DNA of 63,899 bases, filler included, from Octopus bimaculoides (GCF_001194135.2; 11 parts of 10 records of this genome joined end to end with filler, not necessarily neighbours in it), one strand, 5' to 3'. Positions 23,305 to 36,729 are shown, numbered from the whole stretch's first letter. Notes: generated by a model from the letters alone, not told the origin. Numbers and translations are program-made.

Positions 23305-23589
23305 NNNNNNNNNNNNNNNNNNNNNNNNNNNNNNNNNNNNNNNNNNNNTTAATTAATTAANNNNNNNNNNNNNNNNNNNNNNNNNNNNNNNNNNNNNNNN
23401 NNNNATATATATTATGGACTCCCCCGTCGAAGACGGCGTATGATTGTTCAGTCTTTGCCGAACACTAGCATAAATTATTTGTTTATAGTGATCAAATTCA
23501 CGGTGTATCACGCGTCAGGTGCCGAAATGGTCATAGAGCCACGTGAGATGAAGCGTTTTGGTCAAGAACACAACACACCGTCTGGTCTA

Positions 23590-24600
23590 GGAATTTTGCC
23601 CCACCCTTCTCACTCAACATCAGGACTTGTGTGGGAAGAATATTCCTCAGGTTAGTAGACAAACACTTCACGCAGACACACATGTACGTACGTTTGTTCA
23701 ATCGGCACAACCTAAGGGTATCTTTTAGTTTTACACCGAACAGGAGAAGTATATTAGGAAACACCCATAAAACGCGGGAGGAGACCAGTAGCTCTTGCAG
23801 GGAGCACAATGACTGCCCAGGGTGGGGTGGAGCAATGCGAGGCTGAGAGATTTAGCTATGAAGCTATGGTGATACCTAGACCTATCAATAATAGCAACGG
23901 ATCATCCAACAGCATCGACGGCAACAGCAGCAGCGACAGTAGTAGACACATTAGCAATGATGCCAACGACCCCAACACGAGCAATACGGCCAGGGATGAC
24001 GATCACGTCGACACCAGCAGCACCAGCGAGGCTACCAGTCCCACACCCAGTATTACCAGCGACGGCACCCACATCGGCATCGGCAACTGTAGCGCCAACG
24101 CAGCGGTAAGGGATGACTACTACAACGACAACAACCGCAGCGATATCACCAGACCCATGCCTCGTAATGATAACAGCACCGATGGCAACGTCAGTAACAC
24201 CAGCGGCAACAATATCTCCAAGCCCGGAGCCAACAGAAGATGCGCCAGAAATGTGAACACAACCAGCACTCAATCCTGGAAATATATCAGGTCAGCCGGG
24301 ACTGCCTTCAAGCGGCGCCTATACCACCACAGGTCCTCTTTCAGGATTCCGGAAAGACGATTCGTCATATCCCTGATAAGTCACGCGTGGCACCTCAAAG
24401 ACGAAGCGACCCCATATGATATCAAGTGGAGGATCATAGAGCAGCGGGGATCCTACATTAATGGGATCAGACACTGCATAGCTGAGCGAGCAAGGATCCT
24501 CAAAGACTCCCTGAAATCCTGATTACTAAACTCTCGCCGGATTTTAGTCCCTGCATCCATTTCAAATGCACCTACTGCAAGTACGAAATTTCCCATTCAT
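23590..24600 (+). mobile_element. Penelope-like element (family 2): linker + GIY-YIG with low-complexity insert, frameshifted
   Basis: GRIFLRLVDKHF...LFNRHNLRVSFS, CREHNDCP..QC, SYEAMV, 136-aa insert, KYIRSAGTAFKRRLYHHRSSFR, YDIKWRIIEQ. Confidence 0.88.
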
Positions 24601-25049
24601 TGATTAGACCCGGAAAGTTCCTTACGAACTAAAAGCAGCCGAAGGGCGAAATTACCTATTACCTCTTTTTTGACTCCGATGAACTGGTCTAAGGGAGATA
24701 ACCCGTCCCCGCCCCCGGATCGTTCATTCTTTGGTTGTTTACTAACTAACTGACTGTAACGGATTTCTACCTCCCAGAGTTGAAGAGTTACATACATACA
24801 TACATACATACATATGCAAGCATGTCAAAGTTTTGAAATCACTGTCACAATTTACTCAAGTAAATACAAATATTTACCAAAATGAAAAGCAAAGGGGGTT
24901 ATATCCGGAAGTACAAAGTATACATAATATGTATGAACGCATATATAAGGTCTAAAACAGTTGTGAATTTGCCATGTTGCGAATAAATGAAAAGTTTTAT
25001 TTTCATCATTTTGTCCAAACACTACATATATATACATATACATATGCAT

Positions 25050-25063
25050 ATAATGAGAATTTA

Positions 25064-25100
<37 letters not shown>

Positions 25101-25260
25101 CGAAGACGGGTGTGTAAAAAAACAACAACCAGATGTATTAGTTTAACGCTCGGGAAGTGAGAAAGTCTTTTACGTTTCGAGCCTACGCTCTTCGACAGAA
25201 AGGAACACAAATAAACAAGGAAAGAAAATAGAAAAAGGTATAGTGGCTAGCGATCTAATC
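25050..25260 (-). mobile_element. Penelope-type pseudo-LTR repeat with hammerhead (25167-25202)
   Basis: CUUU CUGUCGA A GAGC-GUAG-GCUC GAAA CGUA AAAG; homologous to 13081-13235. Confidence 0.65.
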
Positions 25261-25571
25261 ATATATGTATGTATATATATGTGTGTGTGAAAAGAAGAGA
25301 CTACGAGAGAGTACCATCGTCATCTGCACACACACACACACACACACACGCACACACACACACACATTTATGCTTTTATAGATATTTTGAGAATGGAGAA
25401 TTTGAGCCTGGTACCATTGGCTATTGAAAGCAGTGAGCTGTATCTACAAGGTGTTATCTATATGCAACTACGTTGTTATTGTACTTTATAAGTCTCTATC
25501 CGATTGACGTGGAATCATAGGTTTTCCAGCCGTCACTGTCCCATCATTTTCGTCAGATGTATCCTATCTAG

Positions 25572-25754
25572 TACAGTTCTATATTCAAGAGATGAGGAAT
25601 TATGTACATTATTCACATTATTTACATTTGACGGATATTTGTCCTCATCTTGTTTGTTGTTAACACAACGTTTCGGCTGATATACCCTGCATCCTACATC
25701 AGGTGTCTTGTGGAAATTACGAACTTGGGTTCTCATTTCTAAGGTATTTTTCGA

Positions 25755-25792
<38 letters not shown>

Positions 25793-25929
25793 TCACTGCC
25801 TGGAATCGAACTCGGAATCTTGGGGTTAGTAGCCCGCACTCTTAACCACCACGCCCATGGGCATATGGCGTAGTGGTTAAGAGCGCGGGCTACTAACCCC
25901 AAGTTTCCGAGTTCGATTCCAGGCAGTGA

Positions 25930-25976
<47 letters not shown>

Positions 25977-26118
25977 TCGAAAAATACCTTAGGAATGAGA
26001 ACCCAGGTTCGAAATTTCCACAAGACACCTGATGAAGGCTGGAGGGTATATCCACCAAAACGTGTTAACAACAAACAAGATGAGGACAAATGGCTGTCAA
26101 ATGTAAATAATGTAAATA
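25572..26118. mobile_element. Head-to-head inverted pair of the tRNA-head/(AAT)n/hammerhead module, one insertion with 15-bp TSD
   Basis: Arms ~25590-25857 (-) and 25858-26118 (+), centre GCCCATGGGC at 25853-25862. ATGTATCCTATCTAG at 25557-25571 and 26119-26133. Confidence 0.88.
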
Positions 26119-28374
26119 ATGTATCCTATCTAGGTTTAAATTATCCAATGTGACTTTACTTTAAATAAAAAAGATAGTTGGGGACTCCTTTTTTGGCTTG
26201 ATATGGGATAGAGCTAGTGATCCTTAAGTATCCTCATAGTAAATGCTACGTGATGCTGGTGTCCGAATGCGAACATTCGTCCCTTTGTATATTTGAGACT
26301 CCAACTCAATGGCTACATACTCATAGTTAAAATAAAGAATGAGATTCTAAATATAACGCTAAATAAGAACTGACAGCTTAATAATTTTTTAACAACCCTG
26401 GGAATATTTGGGACGAAAGTAGAGAATTCAGAAAAAGTGAAATGTCTGTCTACCAGTATGTCTCTTTGTCTGTCTATCTGTCAGTCTGTCAGTCTGTCCC
26501 TCACTTACTGCTTGTCTTCCACTTTTTAAAAAATAGTTCCCTTACTTTTTTTAAAAAACTTCTTTTGCGTTATTAATCATGGTTCATCGAGAATGGCTAA
26601 AGAAACCAGATTAGCCTGGCAACTGAATGATTAAAGAAGTTGGAGAAAGCACGACATTTTACGACGAGGTTACGCAACTATATTTCCACGACAGTCATCA
26701 AATAGAATTAGAAACTTTCTTATTGACGACTTCGGACTGGCGAATAGATGGTAAAATGGCGTGGATGTTTCTGTAATGGAGATTGGTCGAAATTGTTATT
26801 AGCGTTGTTGGAGAGTTGGATGCATAAGAAATAGAAGTGTTCATTTGGGATTAGCGGTTGTCGTAAGGTATGTATGTATGTATGTGTGTATGTATGTATG
26901 TATGTATGTATGTATGTATGTATGTATGTACGTACGTACGTATGTATGTAAATATATATATTTGTATATAAGAGTGTGAGTGAGTATGTGAGTGTGTTTG
27001 TGTATGCGTGTGTATGCATGCATGTGTCGATATATATATATATAAAACCTACAGAATAGATTGAGCTGTGTAAGTAAATAACAAATAGGCAAGACTAGGG
27101 ACGTATGGTTGAAGTGAAGATTACAGGAAGTAAAGACTGCATCATCAGCAACGTGTTAAATATAGTGATTAAGTTTTATATTGAATTCAGAACCCATCTT
27201 TGCACAAAGATTGATTTATTTACTTCACTGACATCTATAATTAAATTATGTCATTTATTCCTGTTATGGCTTCATATTCTTCTGCAAAATCAGTGCTGTG
27301 CCCTAGAAGAAAATCTAAATTATTCTTATATCAGTTAATTCAGTTGACAAGTAGAAATCATGTAAAAGTATACTATCCAGAGAAAGATTTGTCATTTTGG
27401 ACGACAGCGATAAAAATCATACTTACACAGCACGTACACAAATCTCGCTAGATTAGGGAAATCTTTCAGTTGTATTTGCACTTTCCTTGACTTCATTTGT
27501 GTGTGATGTGTGTATGCTTGCCAAGGTAATTCTATGTTTTTCCAATCAGGAACCGAAACCTGTAGTTATAGTATTAATGCAAGATTTACCACCACACAGT
27601 ACAAGGTAGTATTATTAATTTTCAAAGAAAGGAACATAAAATTTTCCAATTTCTACATAAATTTATATTATTTTTTTTAGAGTATAGATGAATGAGTATT
27701 GAAAGTGATTGAAAGCGTATGGAGTTTTTTTTTCCTTTTACGATTTCCAATTCGGCGTTTAATTTTCTAATGAATATTTGCTGCCTCCGTTGATTTTGCT
27801 TTTCCTCTGAATGTCAGCAATCAATTGATTTCACTCCCCCTTTTCCAATAAAACATGATTGTGCCTAAAGTTTTCCGATATCGACTTCCACGTTGAATTA
27901 GTTTAATTTGTAATTAAGCAATGAAAGATTTTTCTTCACGAAGACTAATCATTAGATCTATTGACGATTATATGCTACATCTGTCCGTCATTCTTGCAGG
28001 CAGTAGCTCCTCGTTTGAATTAAGCTCTCACAGCGATGATAAATAAGTAGTGAAGAAATGTTACTAGATTTATTTTCACCGCCAAAAATAATAGCTGATC
28101 AAAGAAATGAAGGAAGGAAAACCTACCCCCTGAATTTTTCAACTCCCCAGAATATTTTCCTAAATTCTGTACATGTAGGTTCTTGTTTATGTATATTGGA
28201 TAAGATGGAATATATTTTTATACTATACTATAACATTTATGATTACTGTTTTTACCTTAAATATTTACTATCCACCAATTTACTTACGGTTTACTCGGGT
28301 GACAAGGGTGTTGTTCTGTCTCTGTTGTCTTTTCAAAATGATATTTGAAATCTAAACAACAAGTGGTGAATATT

Positions 28375-28584
28375 GATTTCAAATTTTGGTACACGGTCAG
28401 CAACTTCGAGGGAGGATTTCCTCGACCCCACTGCTCAGCTGGTACTTATTTTATCTACCTCTCCGAAAGGAATAAAGGTAGAATTAACCTCGGCGGAATT
28501 TGAACTCAAAGCGTAAAGATGGACGAAATGCCGCTAAGCATTTTGCCTGGCACGGTAACGATTCTGCAAGCTCGCTGCCTTAAT
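28375..28584 (-). mobile_element. SINE family D, full length, 14-bp TSD
   Basis: Head GGCAGCGAGCTTGCAGAATCG and B-box GAGTTCAAATTCC. TSD AAGTGGTGAATATT at 28361-28374 and 28585-28598. Confidence 0.92.
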
Positions 28585-28874
28585 AAGTGGTGAATATTAA
28601 AATGGTAAATTGTAGAGCAGTAAAAATGACAAAAAGTGCTTTAAGCTTGATTTTGCAGTGATTAGGTTTAACTTTCGCCCAATTGCTTCGATAAAATATT
28701 TTCCTGTCAAGTTTTACATTACTTTCTCCAAAAATTGTAGCCCTGTGCCACTATAAGAAATATTTTCCATTAGTTTAAATTCTAAAAACAAAAACAAAAT
28801 AAAGAAAAAAGCAAAAGGAAATCAACTCTATTTAACTCTATCAAAAAATTTCAAGTTCAGTTCTAAAAAAAAAC

Positions 28875-29110
28875 TAACCTCTACTTTGCTACTGCAATAG
28901 CCTCTGCTCCTGGGAATCAACTAGGTTCATATTACTTTAATTCAGTCATTCCCGTTCCCTTTTCATTTCTCTAGTGTCTCATCCCCAACCCACTTCATCC
29001 ATATCTTGCACTAAACGCTATATCCAAACCTTCCTTACCAGACCTCTGGAATTTCTTCCGTGCTCATATCTTACCCGCAGATGTTGACTTAAAAATCTTC
29101 AAGAGAAACA
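28875..29110 (+). mobile_element. CR1-group LINE 3' end remnant
   Basis: Broken translation resembles LFYRY..G.CS.EL and R..RY..SF..R...LWN.LP......DL..FK. Confidence 0.55.
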
Positions 29111-29492
29111 TAATTGTGCCTAAAGTTTTCCGATATCGATTTCCACGTTGAACTAGTTTAATTTGTAATTAAGCAATGAAAATTTTTTTCTTCTCGAAGA
29201 CTAATCATTAGATTTATTGACGATTATATACTACATCTGTCCCTCATTCTTGCAAGCAGTAAGTTCCTCGTTTGAATTAAGCTCTCACAGCGATGATGAA
29301 TAAGTAGTGAAGAAGTGTCAGTAAATTTATTTTCACCACCAAAAGTAATAGCTATTGGAGGACCTACAAAGTCCATGGACTCTGATCTAGATCAGGTAAT
29401 TAGAAAGAAAAATCAATTGAATCAACGCTGATATATTAATGGCGCTTGTTTTTATCACATTTGGTAGAAGTAAAGTCAAAATTAGCCTTGAC

Positions 29493-29830
29493 ACAGGCAT
29501 GGGTGTGTGATTAAGAAGTGGACTTTGTGGTTCAGTCCCACTGTGCAGCATTTTGGACCGACCAAATGGATTTAATAGACGGATATTTGTGGAAGCCCGT
29601 CGTATATGCGCGCGTGTGTGTTTGCGTTTGTTCCTCGTCATTGCTTAACAACCAATGCTGGTTTGTTTATGTCCCACAGCTTAGCGGTTCCGCGAAAGGA
29701 GACCAATATAATAAGTACCAATCTTGAAAAAAAGAAAAAAAAGGGTCGCTTTCTTCGACTAAACTTTCGAAGCTGGTACCCCAACATGGCCGCAGTCCGA
29801 TAACTGAAACAAGTAAAGGACAAAAGATAA
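29493..29830 (+). mobile_element. SINE family A, diverged
   Basis: Colinear similarity to 14078-14500. Confidence 0.8.
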
Positions 29831-31013
29831 AAGCCGGTGTATTTGAACTCGGAAATGAGAGAAGTTAAAGACAAAGTACAGTTAAGTACATTTATTCTTT
29901 ACTGTCGATCAAAAGAATTCTTCTTTTCTTCCAACACTCCACCAAAAGAAACGTTATTTACATGTTCTAGCGACATAGCATGAAATACAATGATTATTCA
30001 TCCTTGCTGACTATTTGCTATAATACCTTAATTATATTAGAATATTATTTAACGAGAAACATCAATTAGCGAAATAGCCAGTTGATTTTAGGCATTAGTT
30101 TATCTAAAAGACAAAACTCACTTCCATCTACACAGTATATATTTTCCAAAAATTTCATCTATCTGAGGTTATTTAAGTTATCTCCCTTACTCGTACTTTT
30201 TTAGATTTTAAACATTCCTTAGAAGGAGGTTTTGTTTGCTAATTACATAGATAATTGGAGTTTTTCAACTCTGTATATTAGATATGGAAGACCTTACCGC
30301 TTTAATATTCTATTTAACACGGCAAGTTAGTTTACATCATGCTCTAGTTAATTTAGTATTATAGATTAGTATTTTTATTGATACAGCCTTTTTCTATCTA
30401 TCTTACTATATTTCTTTCTTTCTCTTGCTTGCTTTCTTCCTTTTCTCTTTCCTTTTTTTCTCTTTTCTTTCTTATTCTATTGATACGCCTTGCCGATAGA
30501 TTATAAATTAAGCACGGGATTTACGTTTTCTTCTTTTTTCCTTCTTTTTATTTTACTTTATTCATGTGTTTTTTTTTCTATTTTCTTTTTTATTAATTCT
30601 TCTTAGAAAGGAATTACTAATCAAATGCTTGATTTCACAGCTGATTTAATGAAGTAATCGGGCTGTCAACAGAAGAACAAAGTACCCCGAATGGGAACGT
30701 GTGCTCTGACCAGCTCCCATTCGGCAACAAAACTATAAAAGTCTGGACACTGATGACTTTATAGAGTGCAGTTTTTGTTGACTATTTCATTCGTTTATTA
30801 TCTCTCCCGCCCTAATTCTTTATTATTCGCAAAATAACTTAAATCTACGTTCTAGGTTCTTGCGTACACACGCAAGTTGACACACGCAGGCAGACACACG
30901 CATGCACGCACGCAAACGCACAGAGGCGTACACGCGTATACCCACGCTTATCAATGTATAAGCATATTCACGTATGTAAATATGTGCATGCCTGCGTGTG
31001 TGTATGTATGTAG

Positions 31014-31052
<39 letters not shown>

Positions 31053-31162
31053 CTCTCTACTTTCTGTATGCAGACGTGTACATAAATGAATTTGTATGTA
31101 TGTATGTATGTTTATATGTTTATATGTATGTATGTATATATGTATACACACACACGGACACG

Positions 31163-31215
<53 letters not shown>

Positions 31216-31970
31216 GTTGACTTGTGCACTTGCATACGCAAACAGCTAAAAAGAGAGGGAGAGAGAAGTGCATACGAGCGAAAATCCATAAAGAATGAGG
31301 AAGTTAGGAAAGGTTAACACCCAAAAGATAGCTGGAAACGGTGTGCGCACCTCCGTTCATCGAAGAATATATACATATGTACACACACACACACACACAA
31401 TATATATCTATACATGTGTATGTATGTATGTATGTATGTATGTATGTATGTATGTATGTATGTATGTATGTACGTATGTACGAGCTGAGCGAGGAAGATA
31501 GCGCCATCACCTAGTATGTCGCTATTTTACGCTTACTGAACTGTGAAATGTGAATCCACCCGGCATTATCCACGCTTTATTCATTCTTATTCTATTAGCA
31601 CGAGAGAAGCATTGAAATTACAGTTCTTACGTCCGCCTGTCACATACTGGTTGTTAAATATTCATGCTAGATCCTATATGAACTTATCTAGATGAATAAA
31701 ATCTATCACACAGCCTAAGCATAAGTTGTAAAACATTTGTGAAATTTCACAAATGTTTTCGTAACTGGAACCGTTCCTAGAACTTTTACACAATTTGAAA
31801 GGAAAGGGGAAAAAAAAAATTTGATAAAACAGCAACCGATATGGAAATGAGCAATCTGGTCATTTTGCATGTACTTCGTGATATCTTTACAGAGTCGTTT
31901 CCAGTACTGTTACCATACCGTTCTTGTATACGCACGCATGCATAGATATACTGTTCCGCTCTTTTACTTC

Positions 31971-32028
<58 letters not shown>

Positions 32029-32440
32029 NNNNNNNNNNNNNNNNNNNNNNNNNNNNNNNNNNNNNNNNNNNNNNNNNNNNNNNNNNNNNNNNNNNNNNNN
32101 NNNNNNNNNNNNNNNNNNNNNNNNNNNNNNNNNNNNNNNNNNNNNNNNNNNNNNNNNNNNNNNNNNNNNNNNNNNNNNNNNNNNNNNNNNNNNNNNNNNN
32201 NNNNNNNNNNNNNNNNNNNNNNNNNNNNNNNNNNNNNNNNNNNNNNNNNNNNNNNNNNNNNNNNNNNNNNNNNNNNNNNNNNNNNNNNNNNNNNNNNNNN
32301 NNNNNNNNNNNNNNNNNNNNNNNNNNNNNNNNNNNNNNNNNNNNNNNNNNNNNNNNNNNNNNNNNNNNNNNNNNNNNNNNNNNNNNNNNNNNNNNNNNNN
32401 NNNNNNNNNNNNNNNNNNNNNNNNNNNNNNNNNNNNNNNN

Positions 32441-32494
<54 letters not shown>

Positions 32495-32835
32495 AAACAC
32501 GTGAACACGTGATCGTGTATCTTTAGCTTTGTATACATACAAACTTAGATATGCGCGCACGCTCAAGCACACACACACACACACACGCACGCACACACGG
32601 TTCTTTAGTGTTGCCGAGACCATGCTGGAGTACAAACTGTCATGGATTTTAGTTGACCGCATCGAGTCAGAACTTTGTCTAGATTGATACTTGCTTTTAT
32701 CGTCACTGATTCACGAACCGCTTAATTAGAGGACATGAAGAGGGGCAAGATAAGAGATCGGTTTTTAGGCCTTTGGAAGCATATACACACATGTACATAC
32801 ACATACATTTGTACATATGTGCGCGCGCGACACAG

Positions 32836-32869
<34 letters not shown>

Positions 32870-33299
32870 CTTCCGTGCTGGAAATTCTACTCATTAGACT
32901 ACATTCACTCTCAAGGTATTGCTCAGAAGGATAAGGTATGGAATCACGTGCTTGTATATATACATGCATACATACATACGTACATACATACATACGTACA
33001 TACATACAGACAGACAGACACATATATACACACATATATATATATACACACATATATATATATATATATACACACACACATGCACATATATATGTATGGA
33101 TATGTGTGTGTATGTATGTGTATATATTCATGTACAATGTACATCTACATACAATAGTAGTTGTACAAAATTCTTATTTGTGCAAGTAAGTTGAAATCTA
33201 CGCGTCGCTGAAGAGGTCAAATAAGACTTAAACGTGCCGGTTTCCCTGCCGTAGTTTTCCAAATGATTAATATAACATTAATCATTAGGCCATTTCTTT

Positions 33300-35020
33300 A
33301 CTGCATAAGTATTTCTGATTTAATGTTTGATACTCTACAGAAATGGTTGTTTTATCACATCAGTGCCTAGGATATAAAAGGGAAATGGAAAAACTTCTGC
33401 ACTAGCTACGAATTTGTCATTTAAGGAGTTCTTTCTATATTCTATTAAGAACATAACACACTATCTGGAATCAAGTCAGGCAAAATAATAGCTCTGCAGC
33501 TTTACCGTCGTCCATAATTGTTCTTCAAACCTCAATATACTCTACAATTACTTTTGATAGTATCTAGTACAACAGATTTGATCCTGTGATGCAATATAAA
33601 AAATTTTCAGTTTCAACATTTTCTTCTGCGCATCTCAGTCAGAGCTGTGAATTTTCTTTATTTTCAATCCTGCTCAGTTTTTCAGATATTAGTCAAACAC
33701 GGGGTTTTCTTGACATTCTTTTTCTATGCACAATTCTGTAGCACAATTTCCACATTTTCACAATGTTTGCTTATTATTTCTCTTCTCTTTCACATCGACT
33801 AGTTACTTCAGCCTCTGTTTTGTATTTGTTGGCTTCTCTAAAGGTATTGTCCGTGTTTTTTTTTCCATATTTCTATTAAATTTCCATTATTCTTTACTGG
33901 GTTTTTTTTTGTTCAGTTGTAGTTATTTCATATTACTTTTCTAGTTGCTGATGGCCCTCCTGGTTAATATAATCTTTCTGCGTCAAAATTTGTAGGTGTA
34001 TTCAAAATGTAGTTATTATATTTCTTGATTTTTTTTCTTGTCTCTCAATGCTACCTTATTAGACGTTCAATTGAGAATATTAAGACTACAACTTATTAAT
34101 GAGACAGCTAAAATATTGCTGCCTGCTACAGTTTTTCCATTCAGCTATGCTAAATATCAATCTAATAAGTCTATAATATTCCTTCCTCATATTTTCTTTC
34201 ATTTGTGTGTGTGAGAGGTATTTCTCTAGTTTATAGATTACTAAACATTTACATGTTTCTGTAAGTTGTAGCTCTCTTATCTGTGTAGCGTTTTTAATTA
34301 TTTTCTTTTCTTCGAGATTGATTTGGCACATATTTCTACGCAAATCTCAAATCATTTGCTTTGGAATATTTACATAAATATAATTGTTCTATCATCTGCT
34401 TAGCAGAACTGAGTGCCATTCATCTACTAAAAAAGGGCTTAATTAAAGAATAATCGAAATTTAAAACAAATATATATATATATATATAAAGGTCAGAACA
34501 AAGAGACTTTGTACCTTCAGGGAAGCCTAGAATTATTAAACAAAATCTGTAGTTGTGAGAACAAAGAGAAAAAGGACAGCAGAAATTGTGAAAAATCTGA
34601 AAATGGGGTAACAGAATGCTATCCAAATATGATGGTAAGAAAAGCCAGCCTACCATAAAAGTCCAGTCTGGCTTTGCAGGAAAAGAGTGAAGGGCAGATC
34701 TTTCTTGGAATATGCTTATTCTTATAAAGAGAAGGGTTAGTTTATATATGTTCTGTTTTTGTCTTTATCTGCAAAATTGGTTGTCATTTATTCGAAATAT
34801 GTTAAATGTATTTCCTTATTATTGGTATTTCCTTCATCATTGCTCATGCTTCCAGGATCTATGTGTGTAATCGTGGAGAATCCAAACTTTTCAGGCAGTC
34901 AATCTAATATACATTCATGTCACATCTTTCTCCTCCACTCTGATGTTATGGTTTTGTCAACTAATTGGTCTACAGTTTTAGCAGCTCTTCCAGCACCCAT
35001 TCAGTTTTGGAAATTACTTT
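33300..35020 (-). mobile_element. Old, degenerate R4/Dong LINE remnant (RT and thumb region)
   Basis: VDQLVDKTI (34.9-35.0 kb) and MKENMRKEYYRLIRLIF (34.1-34.3 kb) resemble R4/Dong RT domain 3 and post-RT motifs; many stops. Confidence 0.6.
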
Positions 35021-35035
35021 AATTTCATATATTTG

Positions 35036-36297
35036 TTTCAAATTTTGGCACAAGGCCAGCAATTTCGGGGAGGGGGTAAGTCGATTACATCAACGTTAGG
35101 GCTTACTTTATCGCTTCCGAAAGAATGAAAAGCAAAGTCAACTTCGGCGGAATTTGAACTCAGAACGCGCAGACGGACGAAATGCAGCTAAAATTTTTGG
35201 CTGGGGTTGACAAGTACTTTCTTTCTTTTTCTTTTTCTTCTTTTCCCGGTTATTTCCCATTCCCTATCTTCTAATACTGGAGTTTCTTTTTCTACTTTTA
35301 CTTCTTGTATCCTCTCCTGTGATGGTGGCTGTCGCTCTTCTACCATTTTGGGTGGTAGAGGGCAATTCGCTCTTATGTGGCCTTTCAGGCCACATTTAAA
35401 ATAGCGAGGAATCCTGCCTTCCACCCACACTTTCAGGCTTAAATCCCCAATCCACAGGTTCTCGGGTAGCACTTCGAGGACCTCCATCTCAGCTTGGACG
35501 GTAATTTCGACGATTTGTCCCTTCCATGTTGCTCCTTCCATCACTTCTGCTTGAACCACCTTCACCTCCTTTTCTCTTTCAATAAAGATAGCCGCCAGCA
35601 CCCAAGCCGCATCGATTTCAGGGGAAATCCCTTCCACTTTGATTTTAGCAATCTTCTTGCCCATGTAAGACGGCAAGAGGACTACCTTTTCCGTTTTTAA
35701 CACTTTGGCAGCGTGGGCTATCGCTCTTTCCTCTGTTTTATAATGACGACAATCGTCCCGAACTTTCTTCCTCTGGCCAAGTAGGTAATATCTGGCCAGA
35801 CTGTCTTCAGCGCTTTGTCTATCTCTCTCTCCTCCATGTGGTCGATTCTCTTTTTCTCAACTGAGTAAACTTTATAAGTTAGCATCTTCTTTTGTATTTC
35901 CTCCATCCTTGTCTGCGGTAGGGACAACCTCACGTCGTTCCCCACCTTTACAACCATTCCACTGTCTCTTTCCATATTTTCCAGGTTTATTTTCTTCCTT
36001 CTCATCTCGGTTGCCTCTGCAAAACTTTTCTCTTTCAAACATGCGTCCAACATCTTTGCTGCCTTAACCAGTTCCTCCTCCGTAGAGGACAACTCAGTCT
36101 CGCTCAGGTCCAAATATACTCGTCTTCCACCTGCCATCTCTCAGTACTGCCGAGAGACGGCACAACAACTCAAAAACCGCTGCAAACGCAGCACAAACAA
36201 ATACACAATCTAGTCAAACAAACAAGCTCGTACAACTCACAGAGACGAAATACCGCATTTCGCCCGGCGTGCTGACGTTTCTGTCAGCTCGCCGCCT
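35036..36297 (-). mobile_element. SINE family D split by a 1.05-kb LINE insertion
   Basis: 3' part at 35036-35190, 5' head at 36243-36297; GACGAAAT(GCA/ACC)GC is duplicated at both junctions. Confidence 0.8.
35188..36137 (-). pseudogene. Tx1/L1-clade LINE ORF1 (RNA-binding, gag-like zinc knuckle), one frameshift
   Basis: ORFs 35718-36137 and 35188-35703 join into ~310 aa. Knuckle VEGRIPR(Y)FKCGLKGHIRANCP with first Cys changed to Tyr; basic C-terminal KRRKRKRKK. A ~100-nt 5' UTR extends to 36240. Confidence 0.8.
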
Positions 36298-36729
36298 TGT
36301 GAACCAATCAGATATGATTTCGGGTTTTTACAGTATACTAATATTTTTGCTGTTAATTTTTGAGCACTTATTAAATATTTTAAACAGAAGTTTCGGACTT
36401 TATAATTTTTTTTTGTTTTCCAAATATTCTTTAATTTTGAACAATCTTGTCTGTGGTAATTCTTTCGACTACAAAATCAAGATAATCTCCGGTCTATTCA
36501 GCCTGTATTCCGGAAGCAGACTTTATATTTCAATGGTATTTATTTTCCGTTTTTCATTTGTTTCTTTTCGTTGTTGACTTCATTAAGAGTTGAGAGGTTT
36601 TCCTTTTATCTTTTTTTAATCTAGATTATCTATTAACAGATATAAAAATAAAATTAATAAATAAAATATAAATTTTTATCTAGTTTCCTGTATCTTTGAT
36701 TCTCATGTTGTTGTCTGAATGTTGATACG

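Larger units (their letters stand above)
27850..29354 (+). repeat. ~250-bp direct repeat (27850-28097 and 29105-29354)
   Basis: Both copies run AAACATNATTGTGCCTAAAGTTTTCCGATATCGA...TTTTCACCNCCAAAARTAATAGCT and are highly similar by eye. Confidence 0.9.

Noticed and set aside
25861-25935. tRNA gene, and the other A/B-box hits at 18.1, 19.7, 21.8, 22.2 and 55.8 kb
   Set aside because: Acceptor and anticodon stems do not pair properly and each runs into a repeat body. These are tRNA-derived heads, not tRNA genes.
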